From contig JANYIO010000033.1 of NCBI GenBank assembly GCA_025362015.1, positions 3,586-67,585 of the forward strand: a stretch of 64,000 nt of DNA, given 5' to 3'. This document shows positions 9,340-17,731 of this stretch, piece by piece. The notes under the pieces were generated by a model, which saw nothing but the letters and a program-made list of their open reading frames with translations, was not told the origin of the DNA and ran no database searches. Numbering within the stretch: the first letter of the stretch is position 1; each line of letters begins with the position of its first letter. Both the position numbers and the translations under genes were made by a program. The stretch comes from Gammaproteobacteria bacterium (GTDB lineage: Bacteria > Pseudomonadota > Gammaproteobacteria > Pseudomonadales > Cellvibrionaceae).

Positions 9340-10764
9340 ATGAAAACCATACGTTCAATGGCTACTGGGATCGCCGCCAGCTTATTAATCCTCGGAGTCA
9401 GCAGTGCTCATGCCGCAACAACCACTTTGCTTTATGTGTCCGGCGGCCTTGATCGTCCCGGTACAGTGAAGGCCTATAATCCTGCAGCGAGCGGTGTGGC
9501 TGTGCCTGTTTTAACGATCAACCAGCCAACAGAAGCTTATGCTTTAGCTTTTGACTCAGCACTTCGCCTTTATTCAATGTCTTATCTAGGAGAGGCTCTG
9601 GATTACGTGTATCCCCCTTATGCCAGTGGAAATGCGACTCCCTTATTGAGCGCTACTGGGATGGAAAATGATGCCAACGGTATCGCTGTCGATTCAAAGG
9701 GGTACACCTATCGGGTAGCTGGAAGTAATGCGGGAGGTACTTTCCTTAGTATTGTTCCTCCCAATGCCACCCGCGCCTCTTCGTGGATCCAGTTAAAGTC
9801 CTACGCCTATGGAATTACTGTCGATAACGAAGATAACGTCATAGTTGCTACCTATAGCCGTTTAGCACCGGATTTTAATTTTTTACCTGACGATATAAGT
9901 GCTGCCCTGGAGATCTATGCCCCGCAGCTTGTTGGTGGCGCACCTATTCGCGTTATCACTGGCGCCAATACTCACTTGTTTAGCCCAGGCGGGCCCGATG
10001 CGGGTTTCAGAGTAAGCTATTCAAAACTGACTGGACGGCTCTACGCAGGTATTTCGAGTGTTTCATCTACGGAATCAAAAGTATTTGTATTCGATAGCCA
10101 CGCGAATGGTAATGTCGCCCCATTGCGAATCATTTCGGGTGCTGCAACTGGCTTAGGCTCTAGTGTTCGTGGTGTCGCAGCCAACCCGGTCACCGGTGAA
10201 ATTTTCGTACTTTCCGATGGTAATGTGACTGTCTATCCTCAGCTAGCTGACGGCAATGCAGTACCTCTCAGAACACTCACAGGTTTTGGTAGCAGCACAG
10301 ATATGGCTTTCAGCCCACCGCCCAGTGTTTCGATTAACGCCGGCGGCGCAGCATCGAGTAACTTTATTGCGGATAGTAATTTTACGGGCGGCGGCGCTGT
10401 CACCTGGACGAATGCTGTAGATACTTCATCGCTGGTTGGTACAATCCCACCACAAAATGTTTTGCAGAGCGATCGGGAAGGAAATTTCTCTTATAAGCTC
10501 ACCGGCTTTACACCCAATAGTCTGCACACCATTACCGCGTACTTTGTGGAAAATTATTTTTCTGCGCCGAATAAACGTGTTTTTACTCTCTACGCAAATG
10601 GTGCACCGTTTTTTGTAAACCTGGATATATTTGCTGCAACTGGCGCGAAGTTTATAGCTATTCAGCGTTCGCTAACTGTGAATGCCAGCGTCAAGGGAGA
10701 AATATTAATTCAAGCTGTAGCCAGTAAGGATCAAGCAAAAATTGGCGCAATCGTAGTCAATTAA
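9340..10764 (+). CDS. Secreted beta-propeller (NHL-like) protein with C-terminal malectin-like carbohydrate-binding domain
   Basis: RBS AGAGG before ATG 9340; signal peptide ending AHA-A. Repeats of A(S/N/D)GNx(A/V)PLRxxxG. C-terminus SINAGG...FIADSNF...YFVENYF...KRVF...NLDIFAATG is typical of malectin. Confidence 0.7.
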   Translation: MKTIRSMATGIAASLLILGVSSAHAATTTLLYVSGGLDRPGTVKAYNPAASGVAVPVLTINQPTEAYALAFDSALRLYSMSYLGEALDYVYPPYASGNATPLLSATGMENDANGIAVDSKGYTYRVAGSNAGGTFLSIVPPNATRASSWIQLKSYAYGITVDNEDNVIVATYSRLAPDFNFLPDDISAALEIYAPQLVGGAPIRVITGANTHLFSPGGPDAGFRVSYSKLTGRLYAGISSVSSTESKVFVFDSHANGNVAPLRIISGAATGLGSSVRGVAANPVTGEIFVLSDGNVTVYPQLADGNAVPLRTLTGFGSSTDMAFSPPPSVSINAGGAASSNFIADSNFTGGGAVTWTNAVDTSSLVGTIPPQNVLQSDREGNFSYKLTGFTPNSLHTITAYFVENYFSAPNKRVFTLYANGAPFFVNLDIFAATGAKFIAIQRSLTVNASVKGEILIQAVASKDQAKIGAIVVN

Positions 10765-10778
10765 CTTGAAATATTTCG

Positions 10779-10805
10779 AGAGGAGCTTTCGGGCTCCTCT
10801 GTTTT
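10779..10805 (+). terminator. Intrinsic terminator
   Basis: AGAGGAGC-tttcgg-GCTCCTCT-GTTTT. Confidence 0.65.
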
Positions 10806-10860
10806 AACATTATTCCGTTGCAACATTATTCTGTTACAACATTCCCGCTATGACAATTTT

Positions 10861-11250
10861 TTATAGCTCACGTTGCGCTCTATCGACCCATTTAATGACT
10901 GCGACAGCCACTAAAAATAATCCGCAAACTGCCAAGGCAGACAACACCTCGTATAAATCTGGTGAAAAAATAACAAAGTAACCCTGATTTTTAATTAATG
11001 CAGAAAAGCTGGAAACTGCAAAAGGCATCCAATACAAACGAAATGTTTGCCACGGATCAGTCTTGCCACCACTCGCAACACTCAACATCAACGCCGAACC
11101 AATCACCACACAAATGCCCAACGAGTTTATCCATAACTTTGGCGATGAATCAAAATGGTAAAATAAGGTTACAAAATACCAAAGCAAATAACACCAGAGT
11201 ACTAACCTACCGGGTTTTATAGCCACAAAATAATGATAGATATTTGACAT
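10861..11250 (-). CDS. Small integral membrane protein, unknown function
   Basis: 129-aa ORF with about four hydrophobic segments. Confidence 0.7.
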   Translation of the reverse strand: MSNIYHYFVAIKPGRLVLWCYLLWYFVTLFYHFDSSPKLWINSLGICVVIGSALMLSVASGGKTDPWQTFRLYWMPFAVSSFSALIKNQGYFVIFSPDLYEVLSALAVCGLFLVAVAVIKWVDRAQREL

Positions 11251-11351
11251 AGATTATTACACTAACAAAAAAGATTACAGTAAGAGCGCTCGTTACATTA
11301 AAAGCATATTGCACAATAAGTGCCAAAATGAAATCCACAGGGTAGAAATCA

Positions 11352-12185
11352 TTACACCTTAACTGCCAAAATATGAATATAGCGCCCTAATGATAAAAAA
11401 GGTTCCTGTTTTGAGTATTGAAGTTCAAGCGCAATAATATTTTCTGGCTCACGCTCACGATTTTCCGTATCAAAAATATAATCATGAAATACGCGGATAC
11501 CACTACGGCTTAACAATCTCAGCGGCAAACTTGCTAACCAGGTCTCGACCATTGCTGGCGCTAGCGGGTTAATTGGCGTTAGGCTACCACGCGCTCCACC
11601 ATAATCTTGTGCAATAATTTTTTTGAAATTTGTGCGCAATAAATTTTTATAAATCAATGAATTCAAATTATAAAAAGTAAACGATAAGTATCCCTGAGGT
11701 TTTAAATAGCCTAATAAACACGGTAATAAACTCTGCGGTTCCACCATCCATTCAACTACCGCATGACACAACACCAAATCAAAGCCTGCTTTAGCATTTA
11801 ATGAATGCGCTGCTAAATCTTGAATCGCACAATCTAGATCTTGAATCGCACAATGTAGTAAGGTAACACGATCTTGTAGCCCATCTTGCGCCACCACCGC
11901 TTCTGCCAGCTTAAGCATTTCTGCCGAGATATCGCAAATAACAACATCATGCCCAGCCCGGGCAAATAACAGTGAAAACTGCCCTTGTCCGCCGCCGGCA
12001 TCCAAAATACGTAATCGTTTCGCGGTAGATGCGGAGCCAAATGGGGCACAGGGAATATATTCACAAAAATCGCGCTGCAATACGGCCAAACGAATTTCAC
12101 CTTTTAAGCCACCATAAATATTTTTTTTAAAACGCGCGGCAAGTTCGTCAAAATTTCTATCTTGATTGAGGGGTTGTTTGGCCAT
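11352..12185 (-). CDS. cmoM: Class I SAM methyltransferase, SmtA/CmoM-like (tRNA cmo5U methyltransferase)
   Basis: DRNFDELAARF...YGGLKGEIR, LDAGGGQG, LCHAVVEW, SGIRVFHDY and LGRYIH; adjacent to a MazG-like gene as in Pseudomonas. Confidence 0.75.
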   Translation of the reverse strand: MAKQPLNQDRNFDELAARFKKNIYGGLKGEIRLAVLQRDFCEYIPCAPFGSASTAKRLRILDAGGGQGQFSLLFARAGHDVVICDISAEMLKLAEAVVAQDGLQDRVTLLHCAIQDLDCAIQDLAAHSLNAKAGFDLVLCHAVVEWMVEPQSLLPCLLGYLKPQGYLSFTFYNLNSLIYKNLLRTNFKKIIAQDYGGARGSLTPINPLAPAMVETWLASLPLRLLSRSGIRVFHDYIFDTENREREPENIIALELQYSKQEPFLSLGRYIHILAVKV

Positions 12186-12187
12186 TT

Positions 12188-12556
12188 TTATTCTACATTT
12201 GCATTGCTAGTAATAAAACGCTGTTGATTAATTTCGAATTTTTCTTGCACAGCCGCTACAATGTCGATGCCGAGCTGCTCACACAATTCACTCAAGTACA
12301 TAATGACATCGGCTACTTCATGGGCAACTTGTTTATTTTTCTCTGTCGATAAGTTTTGTGATTCTGTTGGTGTTAGCCATTGAAACTCAGCCAATAATTC
12401 ACCCGCTTCTACGGCAATCGCAGCGGCCAAATTTTTAGGGGTATGGTATGCTTGCCAATCTTTTATAGCAGCAATTTCACGAAATTGGCGATTAATCTGA
12501 CTGATATTAATCAATTTATCGTCAATCCTTTTTTCTGAAAAATTTATTTCTGACAT
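12188..12556 (-). CDS. MazG-like nucleotide pyrophosphohydrolase
   Basis: DWQAYHTPKNL, EAGELLAEFQW and EVADV motifs. Confidence 0.9.
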   Translation of the reverse strand: MSEINFSEKRIDDKLINISQINRQFREIAAIKDWQAYHTPKNLAAAIAVEAGELLAEFQWLTPTESQNLSTEKNKQVAHEVADVIMYLSELCEQLGIDIVAAVQEKFEINQQRFITSNANVE

Positions 12557-12567
12557 GGCCGCACTCC

Positions 12568-12690
12568 TGATAAAATCCTTAAGAGTTTGATAAAACCTTT
12601 AAGAATCTGATAAAAACCTTAAGAATTTGATAAAAGCCCTAAGAGTCTGATAAAAAGTCCTAAGATTCTTATAAAAAGCCTTATGAAGAA
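12568..12690. repeat. Degenerate 20-bp tandem array, about 5.5 copies (consensus TGATAAAA(n)CCTTAAGA(A/G)T(C/T))
   Basis: Units start at 12568, 12588, 12608, 12628 and 12648, with a decayed unit at 12669. Confidence 0.9.
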
Positions 12691-12720
12691 TCTTATGAAT
12701 AGTTATTGTGAACAGTTTTT

Positions 12721-13011
12721 ATGAATAAAAAAATGTGGTTTGTGTATATGATTCGCACCAGCGATGCACAATTGTACACTGGTATTACTACCGACATGCA
12801 AAGGCGCTGGCAAGAGCACCTTAGCGGTAAAGGCGGTGCCCGTTATTTTCGTGCACGCAAACCTCAAGCTATTTGTTTTTTAGAAGAGCATCCCGATCGT
12901 AGTAGCGCCAGTAAACGCGAAGCTGTCATTAAAAAAATATCTAAAGCTGAAAAAGAATTACTTGTTTTAACTCAATCGTTGGCGGCTAGCTTTGTGCTTA
13001 AGAGCGACTAA
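12721..13011 (+). CDS. GIY-YIG nuclease family protein (YhbQ-like)
   Basis: WFVYMIR...LYTGITTD..RR..EH..GKGGARY, and SSASKRE..IKK. Confidence 0.9.
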   Translation: MNKKMWFVYMIRTSDAQLYTGITTDMQRRWQEHLSGKGGARYFRARKPQAICFLEEHPDRSSASKREAVIKKISKAEKELLVLTQSLAASFVLKSD

Positions 13012-13020
13012 AATATTAAG

Positions 13021-13740
13021 ATGACAACACCAGAATTTCAGCCAACAAAACGACCATCATGCCCACGCTGCTTGCGCCCTTTAAGCACCTGCTTCTGCAA
13101 ACATATTCATGTAGTAAATAATCTCGTCGAATTAATTATTTTGCAACACCCTTTAGAGATGAGTGAGGCCAAAAATACCGCACGCCTTTTGCGCCTTTGC
13201 TTGAATAATAGCCAGCTTCATATAGGTGAGCAATTTAACGATGATTTTTTTACGCGCTTCAACCTAGACTCAACCAATCCAACTAACACTGAGCGCTATG
13301 ATGTATTACTTTATCCCGAAACACCTGAAGAAAAATCACTGGATATTGCATCACCGCCCGCATTAGATGTTGCGCGACTAAATCTTGAAGCGATAAATCT
13401 TCAGGGACTCAACAATGAAAAACTGACTATTGGATATAAACTGAACAAAAATAGTCGCATTCGCTTGTGGGTGCTAGATGCAACCTGGCGTAAAAGCCGC
13501 AAAATGCTTTACCTAAACCACGCGTTGCAAACCATGCCACGCTTGAAACTTCACAGTTACGCACCCACTATCTATACCATTCGCAAGGCTCATAGTGAAA
13601 ATCAGCTTTCCACCTTGGAAGCAAGTTGCTACGCTTTGCAACAGCTCGAACAAAATATGGTCGATTACACGCCGTTACTAAAGGCTTTTACAGATTTTGT
13701 TGCACAACAACAAACGTTTCTTCCAACTTCACATTCATGA
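13021..13740 (+). CDS. DTW-domain tRNA-uridine aminocarboxypropyltransferase (TapT/YfiP-like)
   Basis: CPRCLRP...CFC, ILQHPLE..AKNTA, LDATWRKSRKM and LSTLEA. Confidence 0.88.
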   Translation: MTTPEFQPTKRPSCPRCLRPLSTCFCKHIHVVNNLVELIILQHPLEMSEAKNTARLLRLCLNNSQLHIGEQFNDDFFTRFNLDSTNPTNTERYDVLLYPETPEEKSLDIASPPALDVARLNLEAINLQGLNNEKLTIGYKLNKNSRIRLWVLDATWRKSRKMLYLNHALQTMPRLKLHSYAPTIYTIRKAHSENQLSTLEASCYALQQLEQNMVDYTPLLKAFTDFVAQQQTFLPTSHS

Positions 13741-13751
13741 ATGGAAATATT

Positions 13752-16664
13752 ATGACCCACCCTGCTTTTGAATTTATCCGCAGCCAAACTATTGATGCAT
13801 TGAAAATACGTGTTGAAGAATATCGCCATAAAGTAACTGGCGCGCAGCACATTCATTTAGCGGCGGATAATCAAGAGAATGTATTTTTAGTCGCTTTGCG
13901 CACAGTACCGCACGACTCAACAGGCGTGGCGCATATTTTAGAACACACGGCATTATGTGGCAGTGAAAAATACCCGGTACGCGACCCCTTTTTTATGATG
14001 GTGCGCCGTTCACTCAATACTTTTATGAATGCGTTTACCAGTTCAGATTGGACTGCCTACCCCTTCGCCAGCCAAAATCTCAAAGACTTTAATAACTTGT
14101 TGGATGTTTATTTAGACGCAGTTTTTTTCTCACGTTTGGATGAACTTGATTTTGCGCAAGAAGGTCATCGCGTAGAGTTTGTCGAAGCCGATAATGCAAA
14201 TTCAGATTTAGTTTTTAAAGGCGTTGTATTTAATGAAATGAAAGGAGCCATGAGCTCTGTGCCATCACAAATATGGCAAAGCCTGTGTAAATATTTGTAC
14301 CCCACTACCACTTATCATTACAACAGTGGTGGCGAACCAGAACATATTCCTGATTTAACTTACGCAGAGCTGAAAGATTTTTATCGCGTTCACTATCACC
14401 CAAGCAATGCCATTTTTATGACTTATGGTGATATTCCCGCAATGACTCATCAAGAAAAATTTGAAACGAAAGCACTTTCACGTTTCACAAAATTAGATGC
14501 GGTGATTAGCGTAGCCGATGAAAAACGCTTCCATGCGCCCATTACCGTAGAAGAATTTTATCCCGCGGAAGACGATGAAGATATCGAGCAAAAAAATCAT
14601 GTTGTAATGGCTTGGTTACTCGGTAAAACCACAGATCTTGAACAAAGCCTTGAAGCACAATTGCTCTCTAATATTTTATTAGACAACAGCGCATCGCCTT
14701 TACAACAAGTGTTAGAAACCACTGATTTGGGTCAATCACCATCGCCATTATGTGGCATGGATGACTCCTCCCGCGAAATGGCGTTTGTCTGCGGATTAGA
14801 AGGTTGTGCGCTGGAAAATGCGGATAAAATTGAAGCATTAATTTTATCGACATTGCAAAAAATTGCCGATGATGGTGTGCCATTATCTGAGCTGGAAGCT
14901 GCACTGCATCAATTAGAATTGCACCAACGCGAAGTCGGTGGCGACGGTTACCCTTATGGCTTGCAATTAATTTTAACCGGCCTCACTTCAGCAACGCATC
15001 GTGGTGACCCAATTGCATTACTGGATATGGAGGCCGCACTAACGGGCCTACGTAAAAAAATTCAACAACCTGAATTTATTAAATCCTTAGTAAAAACCTG
15101 GCTGTTGGAAAATAATCATCGCGTCCGCTTAACCATGAAACCCGATGCACATTTAAACCAACGCATTAAACAAGCTGAAATTGCACGCTTGGCAGCAATG
15201 AAAGCTAATTTAAGTGACACAGAGAAACAAACTATTATTCAACGCACTCATGCGTTACAAGCACGTCAGTTGCAACAAGATGATGAAACCATTTTGCCGA
15301 AAGTTGGCCTGGAAGATATTCCCGAACATTTGCATTACACCGGCGGTAGCAATGAAACATTTAACGGTCATGACCTGCGTGTTTATAGCGCAGGAACCAA
15401 TGGCCTTGTGTACCAACAAATTACCTGCAAAATGCCGGCATTAACGCCCGAACTACAAACTGTTTTATCACTCTATTGCTCATGTATTACCGAACTCGCT
15501 TTGGGAGATAAAGATTATTTAGCAGTACAACGTTGGCAAGCAGAAGTTGTTGGCTCAATTCGCGCGTTTAGCAGCATTCGCGGCGATGGCAATGATGTAC
15601 AAAAGATTAGTGCTTACATCACTTTTTCGGCAAAAGCGTTGAGCCGCAATCAAGCTGCAATGAGTGAATTATTGCAAACCACATTACAACAAGTGCGTTT
15701 CGATGAATTAGATCGCTTGCGTGAACTGGTTGCGCAAAAGCGCGCGCGCGCCGAACAAAGTATTACTGGCAACGGCCACAGCCTAGCGATGACCGCGGCA
15801 AGTGCGGGCATGAGCCCTGCAGCAAAACTTTCACAACAGCTGGGCGGCTTAGCCGGTATTGCTGCGCTTAAAGATTTAGATAATCAAATAGCCGAAGAAC
15901 ATAAACTCAAAGAACTCGCAGCGCAGCTCGCACACATTCATCAATTGGTTTTACTAGCACCCAAACAATTTTTAATAGTGGGAGAAGATGAACAGTTGGA
16001 AAAATATCGCCAAACCTTAAGCAATCTATGGCCAGCGGTAAAAACGAATATTAATTTTGTTGCCTTAACCCTACCCCCGGTAAACGAACAAATTAAAGAA
16101 GCATGGCTGACGAATACTCAAGTTAATTTTTGCGCTAAAGCTTATGCCACTGTGCCGGCCGATCATCCGGATGCCGCCCCATTAACTGTGCTGGGTGGAT
16201 TTTTACGCAACGGTTATTTACACCGCGTTATTCGTGAACAAGGCGGCGCTTATGGTGGCGGCGCTAGTCAGGACAGCAGCATTGCAGCATTCCGTTTTTA
16301 CTCGTATCGCGACCCACGCTTAAGTGAAACCTTAACAGATTTTGATACAGCACTAATCTGGCTAAAAGAAACTCAACACACTGAGCAAGCATTGGAAGAA
16401 GCGATTCTTGGTGTGGTAAGTAGCATTGACAAACCAAGCTCGCCAGCAGGTGAGGCAAAATCTACCTACCACGCTGAACTATTTGGTCGCACTCGAGAAA
16501 AACGCGAGTTATTTCGCAACCGGGTTGTAAAAACAACCCTGATGGATTTACTGCGCGTAACCTCAACTTACTTACGCCCAGAACTTGCCAGCATTGCAGT
16601 AGTCAGTAATGCCAGCCAACGCGAAAAATTAGAAGCATTGCAGTTAACAATTTGCAGCCTATAA
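13752..16664 (+). CDS. M16C insulinase-family metallopeptidase (presequence protease-like)
   Basis: HILEH inverted zinc motif, RDPFF, TFMNAFT, GVVFNEMKG, REQGGAYGG and SYRDP. Alternative start 13737 overlaps the DTW stop (ATGA). Confidence 0.92.
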   Translation: MTHPAFEFIRSQTIDALKIRVEEYRHKVTGAQHIHLAADNQENVFLVALRTVPHDSTGVAHILEHTALCGSEKYPVRDPFFMMVRRSLNTFMNAFTSSDWTAYPFASQNLKDFNNLLDVYLDAVFFSRLDELDFAQEGHRVEFVEADNANSDLVFKGVVFNEMKGAMSSVPSQIWQSLCKYLYPTTTYHYNSGGEPEHIPDLTYAELKDFYRVHYHPSNAIFMTYGDIPAMTHQEKFETKALSRFTKLDAVISVADEKRFHAPITVEEFYPAEDDEDIEQKNHVVMAWLLGKTTDLEQSLEAQLLSNILLDNSASPLQQVLETTDLGQSPSPLCGMDDSSREMAFVCGLEGCALENADKIEALILSTLQKIADDGVPLSELEAALHQLELHQREVGGDGYPYGLQLILTGLTSATHRGDPIALLDMEAALTGLRKKIQQPEFIKSLVKTWLLENNHRVRLTMKPDAHLNQRIKQAEIARLAAMKANLSDTEKQTIIQRTHALQARQLQQDDETILPKVGLEDIPEHLHYTGGSNETFNGHDLRVYSAGTNGLVYQQITCKMPALTPELQTVLSLYCSCITELALGDKDYLAVQRWQAEVVGSIRAFSSIRGDGNDVQKISAYITFSAKALSRNQAAMSELLQTTLQQVRFDELDRLRELVAQKRARAEQSITGNGHSLAMTAASAGMSPAAKLSQQLGGLAGIAALKDLDNQIAEEHKLKELAAQLAHIHQLVLLAPKQFLIVGEDEQLEKYRQTLSNLWPAVKTNINFVALTLPPVNEQIKEAWLTNTQVNFCAKAYATVPADHPDAAPLTVLGGFLRNGYLHRVIREQGGAYGGGASQDSSIAAFRFYSYRDPRLSETLTDFDTALIWLKETQHTEQALEEAILGVVSSIDKPSSPAGEAKSTYHAELFGRTREKRELFRNRVVKTTLMDLLRVTSTYLRPELASIAVVSNASQREKLEALQLTICSL

Positions 16665-16816
16665 ATTTTAAATCCCGCATATTTATTATGTCAGCTCAAG
16701 TATTTATGCACTTTATTGCGCATACATACAAATAGGAACCATCCAATATTGGAAATACCTGTAGTTATAAGCCATGATGTATTAATAAACTACTTGAAAT
16801 GGCCTGAACCTCAGCA

Positions 16817-17686
16817 ATGACGTTACTCACCCCCCTCGAATTTAGTGCCGCAACACACCCGGGCCTAAAGCGTGACAATAATGAGGACTGTTTCCTCAGT
16901 GACCCCGAATCCGGCCTATGGCTGGTTGCGGACGGTATGGGCGGCCATGAAGCAGGCGAAGTGGCAAGCGCAATAGTACGCGACACTATTGCCGAACTTG
17001 TGCGCCAAACTGCAAATTTTTCGTTAACTGAAGCCATTCAAACTTCTCACCAAACTATATTGACCTCTGCTGAAAATGGCATAGGGGCCGTTGGCATGGG
17101 CTCAACGGTTGTTGCGCTCTTTAGCCGTAATAGAAATTATCAAATTGCATGGGTGGGTGATAGCCGTGGCTATTTGTGGACACCCACAGCTAAGGGTGGA
17201 GCGCTAACACGCTTAACAATTGATCACTCCTATGTGCAGATGTTGTTTGTTGCCGGCTCAATAACTGCTGAAGAAGTTGAATCTCACCCTGATAAAAATA
17301 TCATCACGCAATGTCTTGGCATGCAAGAACTTACACATGTAAATGTGGATACTGCACAAGGACAATGGCAAAAAAATCAATGGATTTTATTATGTAGTGA
17401 TGGCTTAACAGATGAATTAAGTGACAAAACAATTGCCCAAATTTTAGTAGAAAATAATAACAGCCAAACCGCTGTAGATCAATTATTAAACAAGGCGCTT
17501 CGCAGTGGCGGGCACGACAACATTACCGTACAGATTATTGAATCGCCCATTCATGGACAAAAACTTTTCATTACCAATCTTTGGAACTGGATTCCACAAA
17601 TTTCCAGTAACCGAAAAACTGATACAATTCTCCTCGTGGCAGCAATTACCTCACTGATCATTGTGTTGGTTGTAATTTTAAATTAA
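16817..17686 (+). CDS. PP2C-family Ser/Thr phosphatase with C-terminal membrane anchor
   Basis: RDNNED, VADGMGGHEAGEVAS, GDSRGY, LCSDGL and GGHDNIT; hydrophobic C-terminal tail. Confidence 0.93.
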   Translation: MTLLTPLEFSAATHPGLKRDNNEDCFLSDPESGLWLVADGMGGHEAGEVASAIVRDTIAELVRQTANFSLTEAIQTSHQTILTSAENGIGAVGMGSTVVALFSRNRNYQIAWVGDSRGYLWTPTAKGGALTRLTIDHSYVQMLFVAGSITAEEVESHPDKNIITQCLGMQELTHVNVDTAQGQWQKNQWILLCSDGLTDELSDKTIAQILVENNNSQTAVDQLLNKALRSGGHDNITVQIIESPIHGQKLFITNLWNWIPQISSNRKTDTILLVAAITSLIIVLVVILN

Positions 17687-17731
17687 TCAATCACATTCAA
17701 TAAATGTTACAAGTATGACTATTTTAAAACT

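Noticed and set aside
12568-12690. CRISPR array or plasmid iterons
   Set aside because: Units are contiguous with no unique spacers, and there is no cas, rep or clear DnaA-box context.
13626-13736. N-terminal extension of the M16 peptidase in the ORF track
   Set aside because: It overlaps the DTW gene in another frame; ATG 13737 or 13752 is more plausible.
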